DNA of 63,268 nt, counting the filler, from Octopus bimaculoides (taxonomy: Eukaryota), in the NCBI RefSeq assembly GCF_001194135.2. It is 5 parts of 4 records of this genome, joined end to end, with 100 filler letters (N's around TTAATTAATTAA, not from the genome) between each part and the next. Parts side by side here need not be neighbours in the genome. Positions count along the whole stretch, not along the records: positions 35,621 to 57,739 come from NC_068981.1; positions 57,840 to 61,712 come from NC_068981.1; positions 61,813 to 63,268 come from NW_026318262.1; 2 more parts are not named here. One strand, 5' to 3'. The translations under genes and the position numbers were made by a program. Of this stretch, positions 53,036-63,268 are shown one piece after another. Numbering within the stretch: position 1 is the first letter of the stretch; every line of letters starts with the position of its first letter. The notes beneath the pieces are model-generated. The model did not search any database and was not told where the DNA came from. It saw only the letters and a program-made list of their open reading frames with translations.

Positions 53036-54477
53036 CATTATTGTGTCTCACAAAATGTTTTGTTGTTACTACTATAGTTGTCTTCTTTGCGTTTTGAGGT
53101 GTCAAAGTCTGACCATATGAGCTTGGACTTGTCTCTTTCATTTTTATTCTTACATTTTGCTATTTAAAGTTCTGTTTCACATTCCGACAATTTGTTCTTA
53201 TGTATATGAAAATTATATCTATTTTACTGGTGTGAGATGGGCGGGGCATCTCTACTATTACTTCCATTTTTAGTACCACAATTTCTCATTCCTCTTGTGA
53301 GAAGAAGCTATACTAAATTAACGTACCTTTAATCATAGTATAGCCTTTTTTCACGAGAGGAATGAGAAATTGTGCTAAATGGAAGTAACAGTAGATACGC
53401 CCATCCCACATCAGTAAAATAGATATAATTTTTATACACATAAAAACAAATTATCGGCAAGTGAAGAAAATTTTAAATAGGAAAAAGTAAGAAAAATTCT
53501 CATTCTATGAGAGAAGTTCTTTATGAGGGGCAGATATCAACAAACTTCCAGTCCCTGTTCACAAAGTAATGAAATTAAAGAAATATATAAATATAAACCT
53601 AATGGAAATCTTTATCTAGTAATACTTGGTAAGAATCCAAGCTAGTCGGTGAGGTCTGAAAACAATTCTCTTCACTTCAACTAAAATGAAACCAACCACA
53701 ACAGCAACAGCAGCAACAGCCGCAGCAAAATCAACAACAGCAACAACAACAACAACAACAACAACAACAGCAACAACAACAGCAACAACAGCAACCGCAA
53801 TAATAATAATGCTTTCAGTTCTTGTAATGTTTTACAAACGTGAGTTGATGTGCAGATACTGTTAAATAAAATCTAAAGGTTGAGCCAAAACTTTACACAA
53901 TGTATTATGATATATCAAAAGTTTGTAAACCTATACAAATTGATAAATACAAATATTTTTAGTTTTTGTTTTGCTGTCCCTACAGACATTCACACTCGTC
54001 TACCCTCTCCTTCCTGTCCAGTGTCGGAAGACGATAGATGATGCAACAGCGTTTGGCCACAGAGGGTAAATGTAGATTTCATCTCCATCGATAGAAAGAG
54101 GCAAATTTTTCGGGTAACGGCCGGACTACGAGCGGTGTATCTCTGGAAACGGCAGTTTCTGGAGATTGCTGTTGATTCTTCTTCTCCGCCGCTGGTCTAA
54201 GAGTAAAACTCCCTCAAGTGGTTCTTACTAGCACGTTAAGAGAGACTGGCCTTTTTCCTGACATCATCAGTCACATTGGTTTTCATTCAGCGCTCACAGA
54301 CTTAATGATATCGCTTATATCTTCAGCGTTTACGGAGACCATATAATATTGGTGTTTGCTATCAGCCTTCCGTAATAGCCTGTGTAAACGTATGACAAGG
54401 TGATTGATGCAACACCTCCGTCTCACTTCGTATCATCGTCTTACTTATTCTCGTGTTTCTATATCCCTTACACCAAT

Positions 54478-55510
54478 CAGAATAATCTATTTCCAGCACA
54501 ACAGAAGGGAGGTCGAAAAACATTTAAGGGCATCGAAGACCACCTTGTGGTAGGTAATGAAGTACTGAAAATGGTGTCAAAATCCTGGTGCATAGCCTGT
54601 ATAAATTTTAAAAAGGCTTATTACGATTTACTGCATTCGTGAATTCTCGAAATACTCGACAGGAATGAAATAGCTGGGAATGTGCAAGCTCCAATCAAGA
54701 ACAGAATGCTTAGTTGGAAAACACGTCTTTTCTGTAACAACCAGCAATCAGCCGAAGTAACAATCTTCCAGAGGGATTTTTGTTCATCTTTGCTATTGTG
54801 AGATGAGGAAGAATAGACCTCGTCTCAGCCACCCTATCTTTGTGGAAGATTTGAATTTATTTGCAAAAAACATTCACGGAAACGAAAAGGCTGGTTGAAA
54901 CTGTAAAAATATGGAGCAACGATTTAGGAATGGAATTCGGGAAGTCAGAGTGTTTGGCCTCGCTTCAAACGGGGGAAAGAGCAGAATGTAGGGCAATAGA
55001 ATTGCCAAATGGAAAGCGAATGAGAGATCCACATGTTAATGGGTACAAATAGTCTCAACAATATCTTTCATAGAGAAATGAAAGACAAAGTCATTACTGC
55101 ATATTTGAAACGCCTGAAGCTTTTCTTGATGTCAAAACTCAATGCACGGAACCTTGTGACTGCCATCAACATATTGACTATTGCTACAGTGCAACGATTC
55201 CGAAATGGAAACGTGTAGTGATTGACAAACTCGATCGCACTACCCGAAAGTCGATGACAATGCATGGTACGCTCCATGCACAGGCTGTTCAGGAAGAGGG
55301 GCAAGGGAGGACGTGGCCTGAGGAGCATATAGAAGTGCACTGGCAGTGAAAGGAGTAACTTGACAAAATATTACGTAAACAGTGAAAAAGACCTGCTACA
55401 GTATGCTGCTAATGCAGAACGATTTACCAACAATGGAGTTGAAAGGGCTAATAAATTCTGATCACATTAGTCAACCTGGGGATAAACGAAGACGGTATAC
55501 AACATGCAAC
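54478..55510 (+). mobile_element. R4/Dong-like RT relic (older, frameshifted)
   Basis: QQKGGRK...EDHL, INFKKAYYDLLHS*ILE, FVEDLNLFAK, MEFGKSEC, SKLNARNLVTAIN. Confidence 0.85.
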
Positions 55511-55639
55511 TACGAAAGAAAAAATACGAAAGGATTATTACAGAATACGACTCATACTAGAAACTGAACTCAACTTCAAAAATTACATCGAAACCATTAA
55601 CTTCCAGTTGTTCAATATAATTTTAATATCATTAAATGG

Positions 55640-56789
55640 AATCTTACAAAACTCCAACGCCTGAACAGGAAGACAGGAAAACTATTAACATATAAGAGCA
55701 TGCACCACCCAATAGCAGACGTTGATCGTTTGTACCTACCAAGAAGTAATGGGGGAAGAGGTACGATACTGGTAGAAATGTGCTATAAAACCTCCACATT
55801 AACTTGGCATTAACTCTGACATAGTTAAGGAACCTGAAACAATTGCCACAAAACCAGCAAAATGGATAAAGCAGACTGCAAAAAAGAACTGGCAAAAGAA
55901 AATTGAGGTGTGGTGGAGTCAGAAGCCTCTGGATGGATAGTTTATACTCCGAAGTTGAAATGCTAATGTAGACCAAGCAACACCCCATCAGTGGCTGAGA
56001 GGCTCAGGACTGAAAGCAGAGTCTGAAGGTTTCATATTGGCGGCACAAGATCAAAGCTTGCTTACAAAAAATCTACCGGACTAACGTTCTTCAAAACGGT
56101 TCTGACCCTACAAGCAGATTCTGCGACACATTTGACGAAACAATAGATCATCTAGTCTCCGGGTGTCCTATGCTGACACTAAACGAATACAAAAATCGCC
56201 ACGATAGGGTAGGACAGTATTTACATTGGAAAATATGTAAACATTACAGTCGTTGAAGGTAAAAATGTCACTATCGTCTGGGATTTTCCAGTCATCACTG
56301 ACGGAACGACCCAGTCTAATCGACCGGATATAGTTATTAAAGACAGGGAAGAAAACACTTGTAGAATAATAGTTGTGTCGCCACTGATAAAAATATATCT
56401 GTAAAGGAATTTGACAAATTAAATAGATATAAAGATCTGGAAATTGAAATAGAAAAGATGTGGCATCTTAAAGCGAGAACTGTTCCTGTTATTGTGGGTG
56501 CCTAGGTATGATAAAGAATGTATGTCAAAACATCTAGATAAGATCCCAGGAGAACCATGTCTCAGAGAAATCCAAAAGATTGTGCTGACAAGTACTGCCC
56601 ACATCCTTAGAAAACCCTATCCATTTAAATCTCTGTGTTATATTACATGAAGTTATTTCGCTACTGCCTCTGCCACTTCCCCTCCCGAAGTTTGAGTCAT
56701 ACTATAACGTTCCTTAACCTTCACTCACCCAAAGACGCTGGGTGTGTCTGGGCAAGTGATTGTAACAGGCTTGTAGATTAAAACTTTCA

Positions 56790-56790
<1 letters not shown>
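55640..56790 (+). mobile_element. R4/Dong-like 3' region: zinc knuckle, restriction-like endonuclease, 3' UTR and (TAA)n tail
   Basis: LKAESEGFILAAQDQSL; (C>S)RFCDTFDETIDHLVSGC; RHDRVG; NRPDIVIKD; KYKDL-like RYKDLEIEIEKMW; followed by (TAA)n at 56791-56843. Confidence 0.9.
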
Positions 56791-56843
<53 letters not shown>

Positions 56844-56844
<1 letters not shown>

Positions 56845-57739
56845 TCTGATGGGAACAAGGAAGTACCACAAAATGTAAGATATATGGACAGAAAACAAGT
56901 GAGGAAAGCCACAGNNNNNNNNNNNNNNNNATAACGTTTGAAGCTTGATTAAAACAGAAAACATCAGTGAAACAAACCAGCTAATCATAGTAGACTAACA
57001 TAGTAGACTACAAGCAAAAAACTGAAGATATTAAAGCAAATGAAAAGAAAGAACCATACTGGTAGAAGAGAATACAAATGAAACTGAAATTTGAGTAGGA
57101 TAAAGAGAGCCCAATAATAAGGTAGTAAACAAAAAATTGAACGGATAGTACAGGTTAGAAGTAAAAGGAAATCAAACGATACATAAAGAATTGACACAAT
57201 ATGTGACAGCATTAAAGGCCAAATCGAAAAGATATGATGCTAGATGTAAATGTTTCGAATAAAATACACTGTTCCAATCAAATAGAAGGCGTTTATTTGA
57301 GGAAATAGAGGGCGGCCAGCACCACAAACTGATTCCAGATTCGGAAGAAAGTAAAGAATTTGGGGGAAGGCTGTGGAATAAGCCGGTGAGATATAAAGTA
57401 AACTCGAGGTGGCTAACAAAGGTGGAAAAGCAACTTGCAACTGTACCAAGACAAAAGGACGTCAGAATTAAAGAATACACAATGAAACAGGAGTTTNNNN
57501 NNNNNNGTAAGATATATGGACAGAAAACAAGTGAGGAAAGCCACAGGCAAAGTAAATAACGTTTGAAGCTTGATTAAAACAGAAAACATCAGTGAAACAA
57601 ACCAGCTAATCATAGTAGACTAACATAGTAGACTACAAGCAAAAAACTGAAGATATTAAAGCAAATGAAAAGAAAGAACCATACTGGTAGAAGAGAATAC
57701 AAATGAAACTGAAATTTGAGTAGGATAAAGAGAGCCCAA
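56844..57739 (+). mobile_element. R4/Dong-like N-terminal ORF fragment starting in (TAA)n
   Basis: DRKQVRKATGKVNNV...TENISETNQLI and NTLFQSNRRRLFEEI...IPDSEESKEF, homologous to the 52.7-52.97 kb segment; 57507-57739 repeats 56870-57117. Confidence 0.8.
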
Positions 57740-57839
57740 NNNNNNNNNNNNNNNNNNNNNNNNNNNNNNNNNNNNNNNNNNNNTTAATTAATTAANNNNN
57801 NNNNNNNNNNNNNNNNNNNNNNNNNNNNNNNNNNNNNNN
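57740..57839. other. Synthetic scaffold-join spacer
   Basis: Same 44N/12/44N layout. Confidence 0.9.
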
Positions 57840-57888
<49 letters not shown>

Positions 57889-58195
57889 TATACACATATA
57901 TTATATGTATGAGATGCAATTAAAGTTTAGATTTAAATTTAAACTGTGTTTTGGGTATGGTCTTAGTAGTATGCCGACAAAGCATGTTCACTGCCTATGG
58001 CTACATGTTGTCATGCTTGGAAATTGCACAATCGCCGCTGGATCTACATTAGGAATTCCTCAGTGCACGTTGTGTATAGTAGAAAGAATGGATACAGCAG
58101 ATAGAGTATACTGGAAACTTTATCACAACGATCATTTCAACATGATTGTTGTGATGTTTCCAGTATATTCTATCTTCCATATCCATTGTTTCTAC

Positions 58196-58228
<33 letters not shown>

Positions 58229-58442
58229 TATAATATTTCTAAATCTCTCAGAGAGATTTAAGCAGTAGTGGAGCGATAAAGTTGTAGTATATTGTCAACT
58301 TAATGTGACAATCCCAATAAGGGAACACACTACTGCCGTTTAGCCCTAGGAAGCTGGACCGCTTCCTGTCGGCCTTGACACAATTACTGTGTCCTTAAGT
58401 TTGCGAGGGGGAGACAAGCTCCTCCACCCAGCCTAGCCAGCA

Positions 58443-58485
58443 TTCAGGGACATGTTTCTGAGTCTTTGCTCGTCATCAGCCTGAA
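58443..58485 (-). ncRNA. Minimal type I hammerhead ribozyme (Penelope-type)
   Basis: UUCAGG-CUGAUGA-C-GAG caaaga CUC-A-GAAAC AU GUC-CCUGAA: 6-bp stem I, 3-bp stem II, palindromic ACAUGU stem III, GUC triplet. Confidence 0.75.
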
Positions 58486-58546
58486 GTAGCTTACCAGCTG
58501 GATAGAGAAGCCTGTTTCGCCTTCGCAAACTTATGTNNNNNNNNNN

Positions 58547-58582
<36 letters not shown>

Positions 58583-58739
58583 GTACACATACACACACGA
58601 GCTGCTTTTAGTATCCGTCTACCAAATGACATGCATGTATACACGTATGCATACATGTCTGTATACATATATGTATATATAGTTGTCTATATGTGTGTGT
58701 GTGCATTTGATTCATAACAGAGACAACCTACATGAGATG

Positions 58740-61690
58740 CACTTTGGTCTCCTACCCAAAAGGAGATATCATAAATGTAATCTTCTTTGAGAAGCAACTA
58801 CAGAAGAAATTCTTGGCGTTCGTTAACTTGGAAAAGGCAGTTGTCAGGGTACCATTTTCAGTAATTTGGTTATCACGAAGGAAACTAACGAGGTGCAGAC
58901 GAATGGCTTGTAAAGGTTGTAGAAGTTGAGTACAAAGATGTAGAAAGTGAAGCGAGAGTTAACAATTTCAATGATGGATTTACCTGAGAGCAGGTATCAC
59001 AATTACCAGATGGCAACTGAGACCAGCTCCATTTGAGGAGGGGAGATAATCTGAGGTTTCTCTGAAGTTACCATACCATTAAAGAAAAGGACATGCTTAC
59101 AGCTTGGAGATAAGAAGATAGTTGTGGACTAGTTTCTGCCACAGTACCTTTTATGTGAATGGGGGGGGGCTTATATATGCATATGTATATTCATGCATAT
59201 GTATATGCATATGTATTGAGAACAGATTTACAGAAATTCTAATTGACACATATGACTGTAGGGAGGAAGATTTAGAAAACTGAAGCATAGACAACTGGGA
59301 AAATCTTATGAAAGAGCCTGCTTAGGGCTACAGATCAGGCATGTGGCTGGAGTAAAGTCCCAACCAAGCCAAAAATAACATAGTGATGGAATAATAACCT
59401 TGATAGGGCAATAAAGACTATGAGACAGGCTTGGAAGGAAAGTGCTAGTCGGGAGCATTACCTAATGGCTAGAAGAGCATCTAGGAGACAGATTTACTTG
59501 GTTAAAGGTGAGCCAGAGAGGGAAGAGATCTGCACAAGTCTTACAACAGTAAAATGAGAGGCATCAAGTGTTCAGAATTGCAAGACAATGTGTGAGAGAG
59601 AGAACCAAGATTTTGGTGAGAATTGTATTCAGAATGATGAAGGAATACTTGCAACTGGAATAGAAGAGAAGAAACTGGCGTGGAATGTTGTTATGAAAGG
59701 GTGCTGAAAGTGGAGAATGCAATGAGATGAAGAGGAGGCTACCTCATACTGATGCTACAGAAGGACTAACAATTCAAGTTTACAGCAGCATGATAGATGA
59801 AGCAATCAATGACAAAGAGGGAAAGACATGGGTCCATGAGAGATTGTTTCAGAGATGATCAAAATATCTGATGAGGTAAGATACATGAATATTACCTGAA
59901 TAGTTAATCAAATCATAGAGGAATGTGTCATACCCAATGACTAGCATAAACTGCTACAAAGGCAAAGAAGATCTCTTAGAGAGAAGCAATGATAGAGGAG
60001 TCAAACTACTACATCAGGTTATGGCAGTCACAGTGTCGTAGCCCAACTGATCTGTGATAGAGTAGACTGAATGAGATGCAGTCTGGCTCTGTCTCAAACA
60101 GTGGCACCACAGATGCAATCTTCCGAGTGAAGAAATACTTGGCTAAGAATAAATTGCTACTTCAGGCTTTTGTTGATTAGGAAAAAGCATTTGACAGGGT
60201 ATCACACTCGGTGGTTACTGAGGAAACTAGGTGTAGAGTAATGGCTTGTAAAGGCTGCACAAGTTATGTACAAAGATGCAGTAAGTGGAGCAAGAATAGA
60301 CAATGATTTCAGTGATGAATTTAGCGTGAAGGTAGGAGTTAATCAAGGCTCAGTCCTCAATCTTCTCTATTCACCATAATGCTACAGGCCATCAAAAAGG
60401 AATATAAAACTGACTGTCCATAGGTACTCCTACATACTGAATCTACAGAAGAATTAGAAAAGAAATTCCAGGCATGGAAACTAAACCTAGAATTGAGAGG
60501 TTTCAAAGTAACCCCAGCAAAGATGAAGGTTTTAGTAAGTTGGAAAGAAAACAGGACCCTGGTACCTTCAAGAAAATGGTCTTGCTCAATATGCAGAAAA
60601 GGAAAAGGTATAAATTCTATGTTACACTCAATGTAAGCTATGGACTCACAACAGATGAAGTGGACTCAGATAGATTATCTAAGAATGTAAGCTTTGTATG
60701 TGATAGATGCACTGGAAATAGTTTCTCTTCAATGCCCAAATGGCTCAATAAAAATAGTTGATAGCTTTTGTTACCTGGGAGATGTAATTAGCAAAGGATG
60801 TGACTGTTCTGAGAATATAGTAGCCAGAATAAGAACAGATTGGAGTAAGTTCAGGAAACTACAACCACTGATGACAATTTTGAAGGGCAGATTGTATGAT
60901 GCTTGTGTCAGAGCTGCAATGCTGCATGGTAGTGAGACACAGGCCTTGAATGCAGAGAACTTGAAGAGAGTTGAAAGAAATGAAGCAAGCATGGATGTGC
61001 GATGTAAGTATGCATGAAAAACATAGTACAAAGGTGTAGAGTGAAAAACTGGGTATAAGAGGAATCAGATATTGCGTAGAAGCAAAAAGACTGTACTGAT
61101 ATCATCATCATTGTTTAATGTCCACTTTCCATGCTAGCATGGGTTGGACGATTTGACTGAGGACTGGTGAACCAGATGGCTACACCAGGCTGCAATCTTA
61201 TCTGGCAGAGTTTCTACAGTTGGATGCCATTCCTAACGCCAACCACTTGGAGAGTGTAGTGGGTGCTTTTACGTGCCACTGGCACAACGGCCAGTCAGGC
61301 GGTACTGGCAATGGCCACACTCAAAATGGTGTATTTTACGTGCCACCTGCACAGGAGCCAGTCCAGTGGCACTGGCAATGATCTCGCTCGAATGTCTTTA
61401 CACGTGCCAGGAAGGCAACGCTGAGCACAGATGCCATCACAATTTCGCTTTCGTTTGCCCCAACAGGTCTTCGCAGGCCGCGTTTCATGGACATGTGAAA
61501 TATGCGGATGAGGACAGTTATATGAAGAACCAATCACCAAATGTGGATGGAGCTTGCAGAAGAGGGAAACTCAGGAAGACAGGGGACAAGGCGGTGAAGG
61601 CTGATCTCAGGACCTTGAACCCCATAGAGGGGGTGACAAAGGCTGAGTTCTCAACAAGACCAGCCCACATCGGCAAAACAGAGTCCTAGT
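58740..61690 (+). mobile_element. Degenerate RTE-clade LINE (several fragments)
   Basis: AFVNLEKA, AFVD*EKAFDRV, KVGVNQGSVL, a Cys-rich insert ending VCDRCTG, VDSFCYLGDVIS, GRLYDACVRAAMLHGSET, HGHV and RRGKLRKT. Confidence 0.85.
61100..61485 (-). mobile_element. Non-autonomous retroelement (family E) with (GAT)n tail, nested in the RTE
   Basis: TCATCATC...CCATGCTxGCATGGGTTGGACG...TTCTACAGxTGGATGCC, also seen at 23630-23810; interrupts the RTE reading frame between RL(Y/R)W and HGHV. Confidence 0.65.
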
Positions 61691-61712
61691 AGAGCTGTGT
61701 GTGTGTGTGTGT

Positions 61713-61812
61713 NNNNNNNNNNNNNNNNNNNNNNNNNNNNNNNNNNNNNNNNNNNNTTAATTAATTAANNNNNNNNNNNNNNNNNNNNNNNNNNNNNNNN
61801 NNNNNNNNNNNN
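61713..61812. other. Synthetic scaffold-join spacer
   Basis: Same 44N/12/44N layout. Confidence 0.9.
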
Positions 61813-61815
61813 GTG

Positions 61816-61854
<39 letters not shown>

Positions 61855-62409
61855 ATGTATGCCTGTAAATATATTATTAAAATCTAATTGCACACACTAC
61901 TCTGTCAACACACAGACACCGGTGCTGCCTATGTACGTATGTATGTATGTATGTATGTATGTATGTATGTGTGCATGAATATGTGTGTGAGTATATATAT
62001 ATATATGCTACAAACACACGTTATCTGCTTTTATATTCATGTACATATGTTTTTGGCCACACTTACTCTGCCTTTATAACGAGAAGTCAATTTGAAAATG
62101 TTAGATAAAATTATATATATAGAAGTAGTATAGATTTTCCTAAATATGCATGGGTTTTGTTATTATCAGTTGAGCTTTTCATACATTATTGTCGTCACTT
62201 TCTAATTAGATACATAATAGGAAACTTAATGCAATAATGTTTAAGAGAGACACTGAACAACGGTCACGTGTTTAAATAAGTGAAAGGGAAATGAATATGT
62301 ACATATGTATATCTAAAAGTATATAAGCGTATACATATATGTAAGCATATAAATTTACATATACATGTATATATACATTCGTATATATATGTATATTCAT
62401 TTCTACTAC

Positions 62410-63105
62410 GCGCTGGCCCCAAAAGTTTTTGAGCATCACCTTGCCTACTAAGGGTTAGACACGAGCCTTCTTTGGAGGTGGTTAGTTATCATGCTTACTT
62501 TGCTTCGACTGGACTTTAGTCTCTGGAACATACTGATGGACCCATGTTTCATCCTGTGTGATAAGTCTATGGAAGAAGTCCTCTTCGTTTGTTTGGCACA
62601 TTGCCGAAAGTGCCTGGGAACAATTGACTAGTTCTTGCTTCTGAAAAGGTATGAGCAGCCGGCGAATCCATCATGCAGACAACTTCCACATGTGAAAATG
62701 CTCGAGAACGATTTTTTACACGGACCTACACTTATCTTCACTTCTTGGGCTAGTTTCCAAATAGTTATGCAGTGATCCGCCAAAATGGCGGCTTCCACTT
62801 TATTGATGGTATCGTCATCAAAGGCGATGCCAGTGCTTGACTAAGTCGTATGACGGTGTATCGTCACGATAAACTTCTTTCATCTCATCGATGGCATAAG
62901 AACCTGATCACCGATCTGCGTTCACCTGCCTCCATTATAATATCCTAGCCCGCTTCAGCAGCCGTAAAAGACAAACAAATACTGGAGGGAAGCTGTAATT
63001 TACAATGTTACATGTAGAGACATGTATAATTATACCTGTACAAGTTCCGTTTCCTGCAATAACCAGAAGAAGGTCAGGAGAAATTTTTAATGAACACCTC
63101 TTGTG
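62410..63105 (-). mobile_element. mariner element, 5' half
   Basis: ATG at 62935; DDTPSYDLVKHWHR; LITQDETWVHQYVPETKVQSKQ; PPPKKARV; GKVML; a TIR-like (C)ACAAGAGGTGTTCATTAAA lies near 63085-63105. Confidence 0.85.
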
Positions 63106-63235
63106 TGTGTATATAACATAAATATATATGTATATACATATATATAAATATATATATATTATATTATATATACATAGATACATCACTGAGCTGATGTGCA
63201 TGGTTTATATATACTCACACACGCGCACACACACA

Positions 63236-63268
<33 letters not shown>

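Noticed and set aside
53960-54400. GC-richer segment between microsatellites and the Dong relic
   Set aside because: No motif or open frame that I could assign.
57507-57739. Near-identical duplicate of 56870-57117
   Set aside because: Essentially identical, starts at a 10-N gap and ends at a scaffold spacer; most likely a contig-overlap artefact.
51950-57739. Repeat-spacer-like alternation suggesting a CRISPR-type array
   Set aside because: The repeats are variable-length microsatellites, the spacers are retrotransposon fragments, and the context is eukaryotic.
59865-59910. CTGATGAGGT...ACCTGAA hammerhead-like string
   Set aside because: No GAAA core, and it lies in RTE coding sequence. 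Similar CTGATGA/CTGAAGA hits near 11315, 38584, 40165 and 54265 lack stem II or GAAA.

Overview
This is a repeat-dense eukaryotic draft-assembly window, most likely Octopus (inferred from its tRNA-derived SINE families and extreme microsatellite load). No prokaryotic features or CRISPR arrays are present, and most ORFs in the track are microsatellite or N-gap artefacts. The only host gene I can support is a large lipid transfer protein (apolipophorin/apoB/vitellogenin family). Seven exon segments lie on the + strand (18416-27937) and three phase-compatible downstream exons lie on the - strand (34082-30927). One symmetric exon is tandemly duplicated, and the two copies differ at an N-glycosylation sequon. 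The rest is SINEs, R4/Dong-like non-LTR retrotransposons joined by (TAA)n, RTE and CR1/L2-like LINE relics, Tc1, mariner and piggyBac relics, MITE-like hairpins, and a Penelope GIY-YIG relic. Six hammerhead-ribozyme-like cores are also present, one of them nearly complete at 58443-58485. Four 100-bp N44-TTAATTAATTAA-N44 spacers are synthetic scaffold joins. I cannot claim a new biological system. The best leads are the duplicated exon, the opposite-strand exon block and the minimal hammerheads, and assembly artefacts remain live alternatives for the first two. All family calls come from motif recognition by eye, not database searches.
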